A DNA stretch of 64,000 nt from an uncultured delta proteobacterium (GTDB lineage: Bacteria; Desulfobacterota; Binatia; UBA9968): contig CAVYTU010000014.1 in the NCBI GenBank assembly GCA_963771465.1, positions 1,088,001 to 1,152,000 on the forward strand, in the 5' to 3' direction. Under the pieces are notes generated by a model that did not search any database, was not told where the DNA came from, and was given only the letters and a program-made list of their open reading frames with translations. The stretch's first letter is position 1, and each line of letters starts with the position of its first letter. Both the position numbers and the translations under genes were made by a program. Shown in pieces: positions 1-9,121 of the stretch.

Positions 1-398
1 TTAGGGCGCGCCAGGCGGCGCCAACGGCGCCGTGAACTTCATCTCCTTGCCGAAAAAAGTTTCGCAGAGCCGGCGGCGCTCGGCGGTTTGCTTTCAGTTC
101 TACTCATGTACTTTGTTGGCGCGCGATTGTTCGGACAGGCTACCGGCATGATCGCCGCTGGGATCTTGGCATTGAACCCTTGGCACCTACAGATAAGTCG
201 TCTTGGCGTTGAAGTGCTGCCTTGAGGCCGATCGGCTACGCGGCGCTCACCGAATTGCTGCGCAACGACCGGCTCGATCGGGTTGTCTTCCTGGTTCGCC
301 CCGGCGAGCTCGGTTTGCAACGAAACGCGCGGCCGGTCTATGAAGCGCGTGGGCCCGATGGCAAGGCGACGCTCTGGGCTTTCGACATAAATTTGTAA
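1..398 (+). pseudogene. Collapsed remnant of an ArnT/PMT-like (GT-C) glycosyltransferase gene
   Basis: Frame from base 1 reads ...AALGGLLSVLLMYFVGARLFGQATGMIAAGILALNPWHLQISRLGVEVLP* (stop 223-225), typical of GT39/ArnT N-terminal helices. A different frame at 228-398 reads ...VVFLVRPGELG...VYEARGPDGKATLWAFDINL*, like a C-terminal soluble domain. The 5' end may lie outside the window. Confidence 0.5.
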
Positions 399-465
399 GC
401 GCTCTTAAAGCTGTGTCCAGGCGTGATAGATTCTGGTTCGCGCAAATCAAGAATTTTAGTTGACA

Positions 466-2526
466 ATGAGTAAGCAGGAATCTCGCGCCGCGAGAAAACG
501 TCGGCAGACCCGGCAAGCGCACGCCGGGGCGGACCGCAAAAGGTCGCGATCTTCGACATCGCTGTTAGGATTCGGGTCGGTTTTCGCCGCGGCGTTTTTT
601 CTTCGGTTGATTTACCTTTGGCAGATCGAGTCGATCCCGCTCTTTTATCATCTCGCCGGCGACGGCCGGGCGTATGATGAGTGGGCACAGCGCATCGCCG
701 CGGGCGATGGGTTGGGCCAGGGTATTTTCTATCAGGCGCCCTTGTATCCCTACTTTCTCGGCGTGTTGCAGTTCGTCTTCGGTCACAATCTTTGGCTGAT
801 TCGATTTCTACAAGTCATTGTCGATTCGCTTTCCTGCGCGCTGGTGTTTCTGGTCGGCGAGAAATTGTTTTCGCGGCCCGCGGGCATCGCCGCCGGACTG
901 CTTCTCGCTGGCTACGCACCGGCGATTTTCTTCGCTGCGCTGATTGAAAAATCGGTTCTCGATCTGATGCTTCTTAGCTTACTAATGTTTGTGCTGCTTA
1001 ATGGCGTGGACAAGAGTTGGCTGAAATGGCTCGGCGCCGGCGCGCTGCTCGGACTGCTCGGCTTGTCGCGTGAGAATGCGCTGATTTTGGCGCCGGTGGT
1101 GTCGTTGTGGATCTGGTTTCACTATTCGCCCCTGCCATTCGCGCAACGGGCTCGCTGGCTCGCATTGTTTTTCGCCGGACTGATGCTGGTTTTGATCCCG
1201 GTTGGAATGCGGAATTTGTTAGTTGGCGGTGAGTTCAAGCTGACGACTTCCCAGTTCGGTGCCAACTTTTACATCGGCAACAATGCCGCCGCCGACGGAA
1301 CCTATGGCTCGATTCGCAACATGCTCGGCGAGACTCAACTCGAAGGGTCCGACGCGAAACGTTTGGCGGAACGTAAATTGGGCCGCGAACTCACGCCGGG
1401 TGAAGTTTCGAATTATTGGTCCGGGCAAGCGCTCGAGTACATTAAGGCGCAACCGTCACAGTGGCTGCGCCTGGTGGGACTGAAATGGCTCTTGGTGTGG
1501 AATGCGCGCGAGGTCGAAGACTCGGACGATTTTTACATTTATCAAAATTGGTCGTGGTTACTTTCAAGCTTGGCGCTTTTCAGCCACTTCGGCGTGCTCG
1601 CGCCGTTGGCCGCGATCGGTGTGATGTTCACGCTTGGCCAATGGCGTCGACTATGGCTCCTCTACGCAATGATTCTCGCCTTGACGGTGAGCGTAGCGGC
1701 CTTTTATGTGTTCGGCCGTTACCGCTTTCCGCTGGTGCCGTTGCTGGTGCTGTTTGCCGGCGCCGGCGTTATTGAAGCAGCAAAATTTTTCCAACGGCGC
1801 GCGTGGAGCAGCTTGGCGCCGGCATTGCTCCTATTGCTCCTATTGATTGGCGTCGGCGTGGTGGTCAACTGGCCGTTGCGAAAAGTAGCTGGCGCCGGCG
1901 CGGCCGGCTACAACAATCTGGCCAACGCTTTTGCCAAGCAAGGCAAAATCAGCGAAGCGATCAAGACCGCCGAGCGGGCGCTTGAAGTGGAGCCGGATTA
2001 CGCCGTGGCGCAATACAATCTCGGCAATTTATACGCGCAGCAGGGCAAATTCGATTTGGCTAAACGCCACTTCGAGGCAGCGCTTCGGCTTTTGCCCAAC
2101 TACGCCGAGGCGCATGGCAACTATGGCCAGCTGCTCGCCGAGGGCGGCGATATTGACGCCGGCATGAAGCATTTTGAAAAAGCCGTGACGCTTAACCCAA
2201 CACTCAGTCGAGCGCAGCTCAATCTCGGCGTGGCGTTGGCGAAACAAGGAAAGACCGCAGCGGCGATCGAACCCTTGAAAGCCGCGGCTCGATTGAATAC
2301 CGGCTCGCCGCAAGCGAGTTTTTTTCTCGGCAGCGTCTACGCGGTGCAGAATCGCTACGCGGAAGCCGAAGCTTCCTTCAATCGAGCGTTGCAGATCGAC
2401 GGCAATTTCGCCCCGGCGCATCAAAGCTTAGCGCAGTTGTTCGAATTACAGGGCAATAAGGAAGCGGCGTTGCGCCACTACCGGGAAATCGCTCGATTGA
2501 TGAAACAGAGCGGCGCCGCGCGGTGA
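466..2526 (+). CDS. GT-C (PMT/ArnT-like) membrane glycosyltransferase with C-terminal TPR repeats
   Basis: Multi-TM N-terminus with D-x3-Y-D-x-W-A, FYQAPLYPYFL, NFYIGNN and RYRFP motifs, then about 6 TPRs (e.g. AQYNLGNLYAQQGK). ATG at 466 preferred over TTG 460. Confidence 0.8.
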   Translation: MSKQESRAARKRRQTRQAHAGADRKRSRSSTSLLGFGSVFAAAFFLRLIYLWQIESIPLFYHLAGDGRAYDEWAQRIAAGDGLGQGIFYQAPLYPYFLGVLQFVFGHNLWLIRFLQVIVDSLSCALVFLVGEKLFSRPAGIAAGLLLAGYAPAIFFAALIEKSVLDLMLLSLLMFVLLNGVDKSWLKWLGAGALLGLLGLSRENALILAPVVSLWIWFHYSPLPFAQRARWLALFFAGLMLVLIPVGMRNLLVGGEFKLTTSQFGANFYIGNNAAADGTYGSIRNMLGETQLEGSDAKRLAERKLGRELTPGEVSNYWSGQALEYIKAQPSQWLRLVGLKWLLVWNAREVEDSDDFYIYQNWSWLLSSLALFSHFGVLAPLAAIGVMFTLGQWRRLWLLYAMILALTVSVAAFYVFGRYRFPLVPLLVLFAGAGVIEAAKFFQRRAWSSLAPALLLLLLLIGVGVVVNWPLRKVAGAGAAGYNNLANAFAKQGKISEAIKTAERALEVEPDYAVAQYNLGNLYAQQGKFDLAKRHFEAALRLLPNYAEAHGNYGQLLAEGGDIDAGMKHFEKAVTLNPTLSRAQLNLGVALAKQGKTAAAIEPLKAAARLNTGSPQASFFLGSVYAVQNRYAEAEASFNRALQIDGNFAPAHQSLAQLFELQGNKEAALRHYREIARLMKQSGAAR

Positions 2527-2562
2527 TCCCGTCGGATGCGTCGAATCCGTCTGCTGCGCGAT

Positions 2563-4581
2563 TCACAATTCGGCGCGCAATATCAACGAAGCGGGTGGAT
2601 CAATGATTTTAATAAAAGGAATCGGATCGTCGGCTAGTTTGACCGGTTCGATGGTGGCAGCAGGTTCACTCTTGAGGCCGGCAATCCAATGATATTTGAG
2701 AACAATGACCTTGCCTTTGAGCTCGCTGAGCTCGATGCGGTTGAGTGATGTTTTGACTTTACCTTCGCCTTCGATGAACCAACTGAGAGTTTGATCGACT
2801 TTCAGCAAATGCACCGGGCCGATGCGCCGGTCGAGGGTGAAGAGACCGGGTATGGCTTGGAACCGTTTGAGTGAGACGGGGTGAAACGCGACCACGGCGC
2901 CGATGTTGTAAAGGCGCAGATAACTTCGCAGCTCTTCGTCGGAGAAAGTAGCGATGTCGCGCTTGAACAGTTTGCCTGAGTGAAACTCGGTGAAATGGTG
3001 CCGGTCGTTGTAGAGATTGATCGGTCCACCGATGAGTTGGCGGCTGATGTGATGCGCGATGAACGACGAAAGATACATGCCGTCATAGACAAAGCCGGTT
3101 TCATCTCCCGACTCTTCGAACAAGACTCGCGCTTCTACTGAGGTTTCGCGTGCGATCCAGTCAGCGACCGCGGCGATTTCGGGAATCGCTCGGGTCCTGA
3201 GCTTGAGTTTGCCTGCCGCTTCCGTTTGGACAAGGTTTACCGCGAAGGCGCAGAGCGCTAGGCTCAGCAGCCACGGCACCCATCGCCAAAATCTTCCGTC
3301 ACGCCCGTTCACCCAGCGGCTGATGGCGTAAGCCGCGCCGATCGCGAGAAACAAATCGTAGGGAACCTTGAAGCGCAGCGGTTGCCAGGCTTTGACACTC
3401 GGTAGGAACGCGCCGAAGTAGGTTAAGATGAACAAAACAGAAATTGCCCAAGCGAGCATGATGCCGAGCGCGCGATGTTCGCTTTGAATGAGCGTGCGGA
3501 TTCCGGCCGCGCCGAGAATCAACAGGGCGATGCGAAAGCCCTTTTCGACAAATGACGGCCGGAAGGTCCAGTAACCTTTGGTGCCGACGTAGTCGATTAC
3601 AAAAGTAAATGGATCGGTGCTGGCGAAGAGCGGTAGCTGCTCGACGATCGATTGTGAAACATCGTCGTTACGGTGGGCGATTGCGGTGAAGAGCCACGGT
3701 GAGTTTACCAGCAGCGATGCCGCAGCCGCGCCGAAGAGTGCCAAGAGCCGATTGCGTTGGAGCGATTTGGGCTGGGCAACCAGCAAGGCGATCATCGGCG
3801 GGGCCAGGATCAATATCGACTGCACATGCAGCGGCAAGATGACCACCGCGAAGAAGAGCCAGCCGATATGAGCTGGTGAGATTGCTCTGTCTTCACTAGC
3901 GATCCGATAAAATAGTGACACGCCCCAGATGCTCAGGTAGGAAGCGACGGGGAAGCCGATCATGCCGTAGAAAAACATCTCGCGCGGCAATGAGTTCCAC
4001 CAGTAAATGATGCCCAATAAAGCGGCCGAGAGTGCGATTAGATTTTTCGAGTCGACAGCGTAGAAAAAATTCCTGGCGGCGAAAAACATCAGCCATGGCA
4101 CAGCGGCCATCGATAAAAACACGCTTAGCTTAAACCATTGGAGAGCGGTGAGCGTTAAGGCGGACAAGACGAGCGCAGTGAATTCAAAGAACTTGATGCT
4201 CAGATCTTGAATCGTGTTCGACGGGTAGCCGGCCATGAACAACGGATTGTAACCAGAGAGTATTCGATCCCGCGTCCAGAATGCTTCCAGCGATTTCAAG
4301 TGGTGAAAGTGCAGCCCCCAGTCCTGATCGATGAGCGGATGGGTATCGAACAAGCCGCCGATGGATTGAAAGAGCAGCAATAGGCCGAGCAGATGAAGAG
4401 CAAAGACGACGCCCGTGGCAGTGATCGCGCGGCGGGGATGGTTGAACCCAATACGCAGGATCGAATATCGGCCAAGGTTGTCGTTCGCTGCACGATCAGC
4501 AGCGTTGCGGAGATTTCGGCTGCGTCGGCGCGGCGGTCTGCGCACGGCGAACTGAATGGCAACTGAGTCGACGAGGGACAT
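2563..4581 (-). CDS. Large integral membrane protein, probable GT-C fold glycosyltransferase
   Basis: Many TM helices, acidic D-Q-D-W loop after TM1, GYNPLFMAGYP motif, C-terminal soluble domain. Start uncertain; ATG 4581 chosen to avoid overlap with the divergent gene. Confidence 0.6.
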   Translation of the reverse strand: MSLVDSVAIQFAVRRPPRRRSRNLRNAADRAANDNLGRYSILRIGFNHPRRAITATGVVFALHLLGLLLLFQSIGGLFDTHPLIDQDWGLHFHHLKSLEAFWTRDRILSGYNPLFMAGYPSNTIQDLSIKFFEFTALVLSALTLTALQWFKLSVFLSMAAVPWLMFFAARNFFYAVDSKNLIALSAALLGIIYWWNSLPREMFFYGMIGFPVASYLSIWGVSLFYRIASEDRAISPAHIGWLFFAVVILPLHVQSILILAPPMIALLVAQPKSLQRNRLLALFGAAAASLLVNSPWLFTAIAHRNDDVSQSIVEQLPLFASTDPFTFVIDYVGTKGYWTFRPSFVEKGFRIALLILGAAGIRTLIQSEHRALGIMLAWAISVLFILTYFGAFLPSVKAWQPLRFKVPYDLFLAIGAAYAISRWVNGRDGRFWRWVPWLLSLALCAFAVNLVQTEAAGKLKLRTRAIPEIAAVADWIARETSVEARVLFEESGDETGFVYDGMYLSSFIAHHISRQLIGGPINLYNDRHHFTEFHSGKLFKRDIATFSDEELRSYLRLYNIGAVVAFHPVSLKRFQAIPGLFTLDRRIGPVHLLKVDQTLSWFIEGEGKVKTSLNRIELSELKGKVIVLKYHWIAGLKSEPAATIEPVKLADDPIPFIKIIDPPASLILRAEL

Positions 4582-4689
4582 GAGAACTATTTTTTCGCCA
4601 AGCCGGTGAAAAGGGTCGGAAAGTGGAAACCCCGAGAAGCCTATAGTAAGAACGTAAGGGATAGATAACAGCAACGAGATTTCTTGCCA

Positions 4690-5445
4690 ATGAGCCAAAC
4701 AGATATTTATCTCTCGGTGATCGTGCCGGCATACAACGAAGCGGCGCGCGTCGGCAAAACCTTAGAGCGATTGCAGCAATATCTCACCCACGCGCGATTC
4801 AGCTACGAGATCTTAGTCGTCATTGACGGTTCCACGGACGCAACCGCGCAAGTCGTGCGGCAACGGGCCGAGGGATTTTCCGGGCTTGGATTGATCGAGC
4901 GCGGCGCCAATCGCGGCAAAGGATTTACCGTGAGAGAAGGGATGCTTGCCGCCGTCGGTCAGGTTCGGTTGTTCTGCGACGCCGATAACTCGACCGACAT
5001 CGGCCACTTCGACAAGATGAAGCCGCTGCTCGACCAAGGCTACGATGTCGTCATCGCGTCGCGCAACGACTCGGACGTGGCCGGCGCGGAGCAGGCGGTC
5101 GCGCAGGCCTGGTATAAGCGCGCCGTCGGCAGATTAGGCAATCGGATTGTGCAGCGGCTGGCGGTGCCCGGTATTTGGGATACCCAGTGCGGCTTTAAGG
5201 CATTTCGCGCCGTCGCCGCCGAGCGAATTTTTTCACAGACGACGATAGAGCGCTGGGGTTTTGACATCGAAGCGCTGGCTTTGGCGCAGGCGCTAAACTA
5301 TCGGATCGGTATTATTCCCGCCCATTGGATCAATGATGACCGAAGCCACGTGCGGTCGCTGGATTATTTAAAAGTGCTCACCGACACCTGGGCGGTGCGG
5401 CGAAATCTGCGCGCCGGCAAGTACCAGCTGTCAAATTTCACGTGA
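4690..5445 (+). CDS. Polyprenyl/dolichyl-phosphate glycosyltransferase (GT2, DPG-synthase-like)
   Basis: SVIVPAYNE, DGSTD, NRGKG, DAD, DTQCGFK and WGFDIE motifs. Confidence 0.9.
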   Translation: MSQTDIYLSVIVPAYNEAARVGKTLERLQQYLTHARFSYEILVVIDGSTDATAQVVRQRAEGFSGLGLIERGANRGKGFTVREGMLAAVGQVRLFCDADNSTDIGHFDKMKPLLDQGYDVVIASRNDSDVAGAEQAVAQAWYKRAVGRLGNRIVQRLAVPGIWDTQCGFKAFRAVAAERIFSQTTIERWGFDIEALALAQALNYRIGIIPAHWINDDRSHVRSLDYLKVLTDTWAVRRNLRAGKYQLSNFT

Positions 5446-5453
5446 TTCGCTTT

Positions 5454-6173
5454 TCAATGCTCGAGCAGAGTGCCCATCCAACTCACGGCTAAGCCGAGCG
5501 TTAAACAAAGCAAGGTCATGGGATTGCGCTGCTCGAGGCGGTGCACTTGCGGCAGAATATCGGCGGTGGCGATAGCTAAGAACGTACCGGCCGAAACGCC
5601 GATGGCAACCGCGACGTTCGCCGGCGACAACGAGCGAAAGAATAAATAAGCGATCAAAGCGCCGATTGGAGTCGTCAGCGAGAACAATAAATTAAGCCAG
5701 CTGATTTTGCGCCGATCCCAACCGGCGGAAAGCAAGATTGAAGAAATCGACATGCTATCGGGCATCTTGTGAATGATCACCGCGAGCAGGACGACGGGGC
5801 CGAGCTGTGGCAAGAGCAAGCCAGCGCCGAGGGCAATTCCATCGAGTAGACTATGGAGCGAGATCCCGAGAAATGCGGGAATCCCCATCTGATGGATGTC
5901 GCAGGCATGCTCTTCGCAAGCGTGGACAAAGACGAAGCGCTCCATGACGAAGATGAGCAGAAACCCGGCCAAGATTGGCCAGCCCATCGCTTCGTTCAAT
6001 ACTTTGCCGGTCTCGGGCAGCATGTGAAAAAATACCGCGCCGAGTAACACTCCCGCGCTGAAGCTCAGCAAAAGCGCTAACGCCCGTTGCGACATCTCCC
6101 GGAGTAGCGGCAGAAAGCCGCCGACAAGGGAGATGAACATGACGGTCGGTAAATATATTCCTAACGTGGTCAT
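5454..6173 (-). CDS. ZIP family metal (Zn) transporter
   Basis: FSAGVLLG...HMLPE, His-rich loop HACEEHACDIH, LHSLLDG and HKMPD motifs. Confidence 0.9.
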   Translation of the reverse strand: MTTLGIYLPTVMFISLVGGFLPLLREMSQRALALLLSFSAGVLLGAVFFHMLPETGKVLNEAMGWPILAGFLLIFVMERFVFVHACEEHACDIHQMGIPAFLGISLHSLLDGIALGAGLLLPQLGPVVLLAVIIHKMPDSMSISSILLSAGWDRRKISWLNLLFSLTTPIGALIAYLFFRSLSPANVAVAIGVSAGTFLAIATADILPQVHRLEQRNPMTLLCLTLGLAVSWMGTLLEH

Positions 6174-6307
6174 GAGATTTCACCAACGGTGGACGCTAGC
6201 ATACGCCCCTAGGGGTAGCAAATTGTGTGGCCGATGGATGCGATTGTCCGACGTTTAACTGCATGTTAGTTAATTCAATAAGAATTCAAGCGACGGGAGA
6301 TTATCTA

Positions 6308-6847
6308 ATGATCGGAAAACTATCGGCTGGGATTGCCGGTTTGTGCCTATTGGTTGGCTGTTCGATGGCCGCGCCGGGAACGCGGGCGAGCGCCGCACTG
6401 AAAGAAGATGAAGATAAGGATGGCAAGACCATTGGCACGGCAACGTTAAGGGAACAATCGGGTGGCGTGCTGGTGCTCGTGCGCGTGGAGCCCAAAGGAC
6501 TAACGCCGGGTTTACACGCCGTGCATATTCACGCGGTCGGCAAATGCGACGCGCCGGCGTTCACTAGCGCGGCGGGTCACTTCAATCCGTCGGGGAAAAA
6601 ACATGGATCTAAGAGTGCTGAAGGCGCTCACGCCGGCGATATGCCGAATATGCTGGTGACCAAAGACGGTTCAGGCCGCTTTGAAGTTTTGGCCGACGGT
6701 ATCACGCTCCGCGCCGGACCGCTGTCGGTGTTCGACACCGACGGTAGCGCGCTGGTCATTCATGTAGGGGTGGACGATTATTTAACCGACCCTACCGGCA
6801 ATGCCGGCGATCGCGCCGCCTGTGGTTTGATCGTCGCGAGCAATTAG
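6308..6847 (+). CDS. sodC: Cu/Zn superoxide dismutase, probable lipoprotein
   Basis: HAVHIH, GHFNP, KHG, HAGDMPN, ALVIH and GNAGDRAACG motifs; LLVGC lipobox; GGGAGA RBS before ATG 6308. Confidence 0.9.
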   Translation: MIGKLSAGIAGLCLLVGCSMAAPGTRASAALKEDEDKDGKTIGTATLREQSGGVLVLVRVEPKGLTPGLHAVHIHAVGKCDAPAFTSAAGHFNPSGKKHGSKSAEGAHAGDMPNMLVTKDGSGRFEVLADGITLRAGPLSVFDTDGSALVIHVGVDDYLTDPTGNAGDRAACGLIVASN

Positions 6848-7602
6848 ATTCTCGATTCAAGGTAGTGCAGCCGAGCTCGACCGTGAGCTAGGCTAGCTTC
6901 GGCCTGCCGAATCCGTTCGACGGTTCCAAGATCCTGCCAGAAACCGTCGAAGCAAAATCCATAGAGCGCTTCGCCGGCGAGCAGCATTTGCGGATAGGTC
7001 TTCTGGGTCGTGCTGAATTTTTCACCGGCGCCTTGGGCGGCCATGTAAGCGAAGATCTTCGGCTCGATAATCTGCACGCCGGTGAACATGAGTTTGCGCA
7101 GCGGTCCGGCTGGCTGGGCGGCAATCTTGCTATTGAGGAAGCGATGGATTCTGCCGTCGTCATCGATGTCCATGGAGCCGTATTGATCGGCCATTTCATC
7201 CGGCCGAAGCACCAACGTTACGGCGGCCTTCTTTCGCTCATGGAAGGCAATCAGCTCGGCGAGATTGAGATCGATGAGCGCATCGGTATTAATGACGATG
7301 AAGCCGCCGTCGTGGAGAAACGATTTGGCTTTCAGCAAGCCGCCGCCGGTGTCCAGCAACTCTACTTCTTTGGAATAACTGATTCTGACACCGAGCTGCG
7401 CGCCGTCGCCGAGATGGCTCTCGATCTGGTCACCGAATTGATGCAGGTTGATGACGATGTCGCGAATGTCGTAATGGCGCAGCAATAGGAGCGCATATTC
7501 GATCATCGGCCGGCCGGCCACCGGCACCAGCGCTTTTGGTTTGTCGTCGGTGATTGGCCTCAAGCGCGTCCCTTGGCCCGCGGCCAGAATCATCGCTTTC
7601 AC
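6844..7602 (-). CDS. murU: Nucleotidyltransferase, MurU-like (MurNAc-1-P uridylyltransferase)
   Basis: MKAMILAAGQGTRLRPIT..PK and LLDTGGG motifs; overlaps the upstream AmgK-like gene by 4 nt. Confidence 0.75.
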   Translation of the reverse strand: MKAMILAAGQGTRLRPITDDKPKALVPVAGRPMIEYALLLLRHYDIRDIVINLHQFGDQIESHLGDGAQLGVRISYSKEVELLDTGGGLLKAKSFLHDGGFIVINTDALIDLNLAELIAFHERKKAAVTLVLRPDEMADQYGSMDIDDDGRIHRFLNSKIAAQPAGPLRKLMFTGVQIIEPKIFAYMAAQGAGEKFSTTQKTYPQMLLAGEALYGFCFDGFWQDLGTVERIRQAEASLAHGRARLHYLESRI

Positions 7603-8675
7603 AGCATCGCCTCGAAGTGCTCGAGCAGTAAGGGTCGGATTGATTGGGTTTGCGCGGTCTCTGCCAAGTTACGCTGCAAACGCCGCACGGTGGGCGGCAC
7701 GAACTTCATATAGCCCGGCTTCCCTTTGACGATATCGAGATAGTAAAAACGGCCGACAACTTTTAAGTCCCGTTGAATCGCCGAGAGCCGATAGATGTCG
7801 CTAAACTGGTCAAAATCCGCATGCTGTTTTTCCAGCTCGCACTTACGCTCGAAGAAGTAACGCACGAGTCGGGCCTCGATATCAGGCTGAATCACGCTGT
7901 CGGTGATGCGATCGTTCAATAACGAAGCAAGGTCGTATTGCGCCGGCGCCAACAGCGCGTCTTGGAAATCGATGACGCGCACGGTGTTCTCGTGGATCAT
8001 GAGATTCCAGCTATGATAGTCGCGATGGTTCAAATAGACGGGTTGGCGCTCGAGAGTCGCCGCGATTTCGCTGAAAACTTTTCGCAGTGCGTCGGTGCTG
8101 ACCTTGGCGATTTTTCCGCCCGGACGTTTTTCCAATCCCCACTCGATGAAGTGCTCGAACTCCCACATGTAGAGTGAAGCGTCGAAGCGCTGTTGAAAGG
8201 CGATACATCGATCGTCGCGCGCCGCCGTGCCGCGGAATTGCAGGTTGAGTAACTCGTCGAGCGCTTTTCGATACCAGACGATCACTTCGCTTTCAGCTAA
8301 ACCCTGCACTCTGTCCCACAACGCGGTGTCACCCAAGTCTTCGAGAAAGAGCAAGCCATCACTTTCCCACTGGCCGAAGAGTTTGGGCACGTTGACGCCG
8401 ATGGCCTCCAGAAAGCGATGCACATTTAAGAACGGTAGTTCTTGCGGGCCGTCTTTGAAGATCGCCAGCTCTTCGCTGGAAAGCGGCAGGGCGCTGCCCG
8501 CCGGCAGTTCCATGACGATCATCGTGGGCGGCGCGCCGGCGCCGCTCAAACGGGCGCGGTAGTAACGCCGGCTCGAGGCGTCGCCGGCGAGCGGCGCCAG
8601 TGACGTGAGCGATGCGCCGGGGCCAAACGCAGCGAGAACTTTGTCGGCGATGCGCTGAGTGATCGGATCAGTCAA
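7599..8675 (-). CDS. amgK: Anomeric MurNAc/GlcNAc kinase (APH-like phosphotransferase)
   Basis: LAGDASSRRYYR, LEDLGD, HRDYHSWNLM, IDFQDA and YDLASLL motifs; paired with murU. Confidence 0.8.
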   Translation of the reverse strand: MTDPITQRIADKVLAAFGPGASLTSLAPLAGDASSRRYYRARLSGAGAPPTMIVMELPAGSALPLSSEELAIFKDGPQELPFLNVHRFLEAIGVNVPKLFGQWESDGLLFLEDLGDTALWDRVQGLAESEVIVWYRKALDELLNLQFRGTAARDDRCIAFQQRFDASLYMWEFEHFIEWGLEKRPGGKIAKVSTDALRKVFSEIAATLERQPVYLNHRDYHSWNLMIHENTVRVIDFQDALLAPAQYDLASLLNDRITDSVIQPDIEARLVRYFFERKCELEKQHADFDQFSDIYRLSAIQRDLKVVGRFYYLDIVKGKPGYMKFVPPTVRRLQRNLAETAQTQSIRPLLLEHFEAML

Positions 8676-8735
8676 TTTTTGCCTACGGTCGAGCTTGGAC
8701 GATTGCGACGGTTGAAGCGAAGATTCGCTGAGCGT

Positions 8736-8768
8736 GAAGTGCCGGCGACCGCCGGTGCGTTAGACTTC
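8736..8768 (-). promoter_or_regulatory. Candidate bacterial SECIS hairpin
   Basis: Immediately 3' of UGA on the minus strand: GAAGU-CUAACGCA-CCGGC-GGUC-GCCGG-C-ACUUC. It has a lower stem GAAGU/ACUUC, an upper stem CCGGC/GCCGG and a GGUC apical loop. Confidence 0.75.
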
Positions 8769-8984
8769 TCACGTGCCGCCGAAACCGACCGTGATCTTGC
8801 CGGCGTCGACGATGACCGGAATCTTGCGCCGGCCGTTGGTTAACTTGACCATGCGCTCGAGGCCGTCTTCGTCTTTTAGCACGTTGATATATTCGAATGG
8901 GATCTTGCGCCGGGAGAAGTCGGCGCGGGCCGCCGAAGTGTACTGGCAAAGATCCTGTCCGAATATGAGAACTTTTTCGTCCAT
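8760..8984 (-). CDS. Glutaredoxin-like selenoprotein (UXX-star type), ending GGT-U-E-V-stop
   Basis: Grx-like pattern (CQYT, IPVIV, VGFGG). TGA at 8771-8769 is followed by GAA GTC TAA and a SECIS-like hairpin. The ORF track truncates it at the TGA. Confidence 0.8.
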
Positions 8985-9121
8985 GAGTCGATTCGCCTCG
9001 CGCCGTTCAAGGTTTGCCGCAGCTAAAAAATAAGCAGCCGGGGGCTAAATTGCAAGTGAGTCTACCCCTATGTTACTTTCGTGAGAATTTATTCAACCGG
9101 TTTACCCGTGGAGAGGAATTT

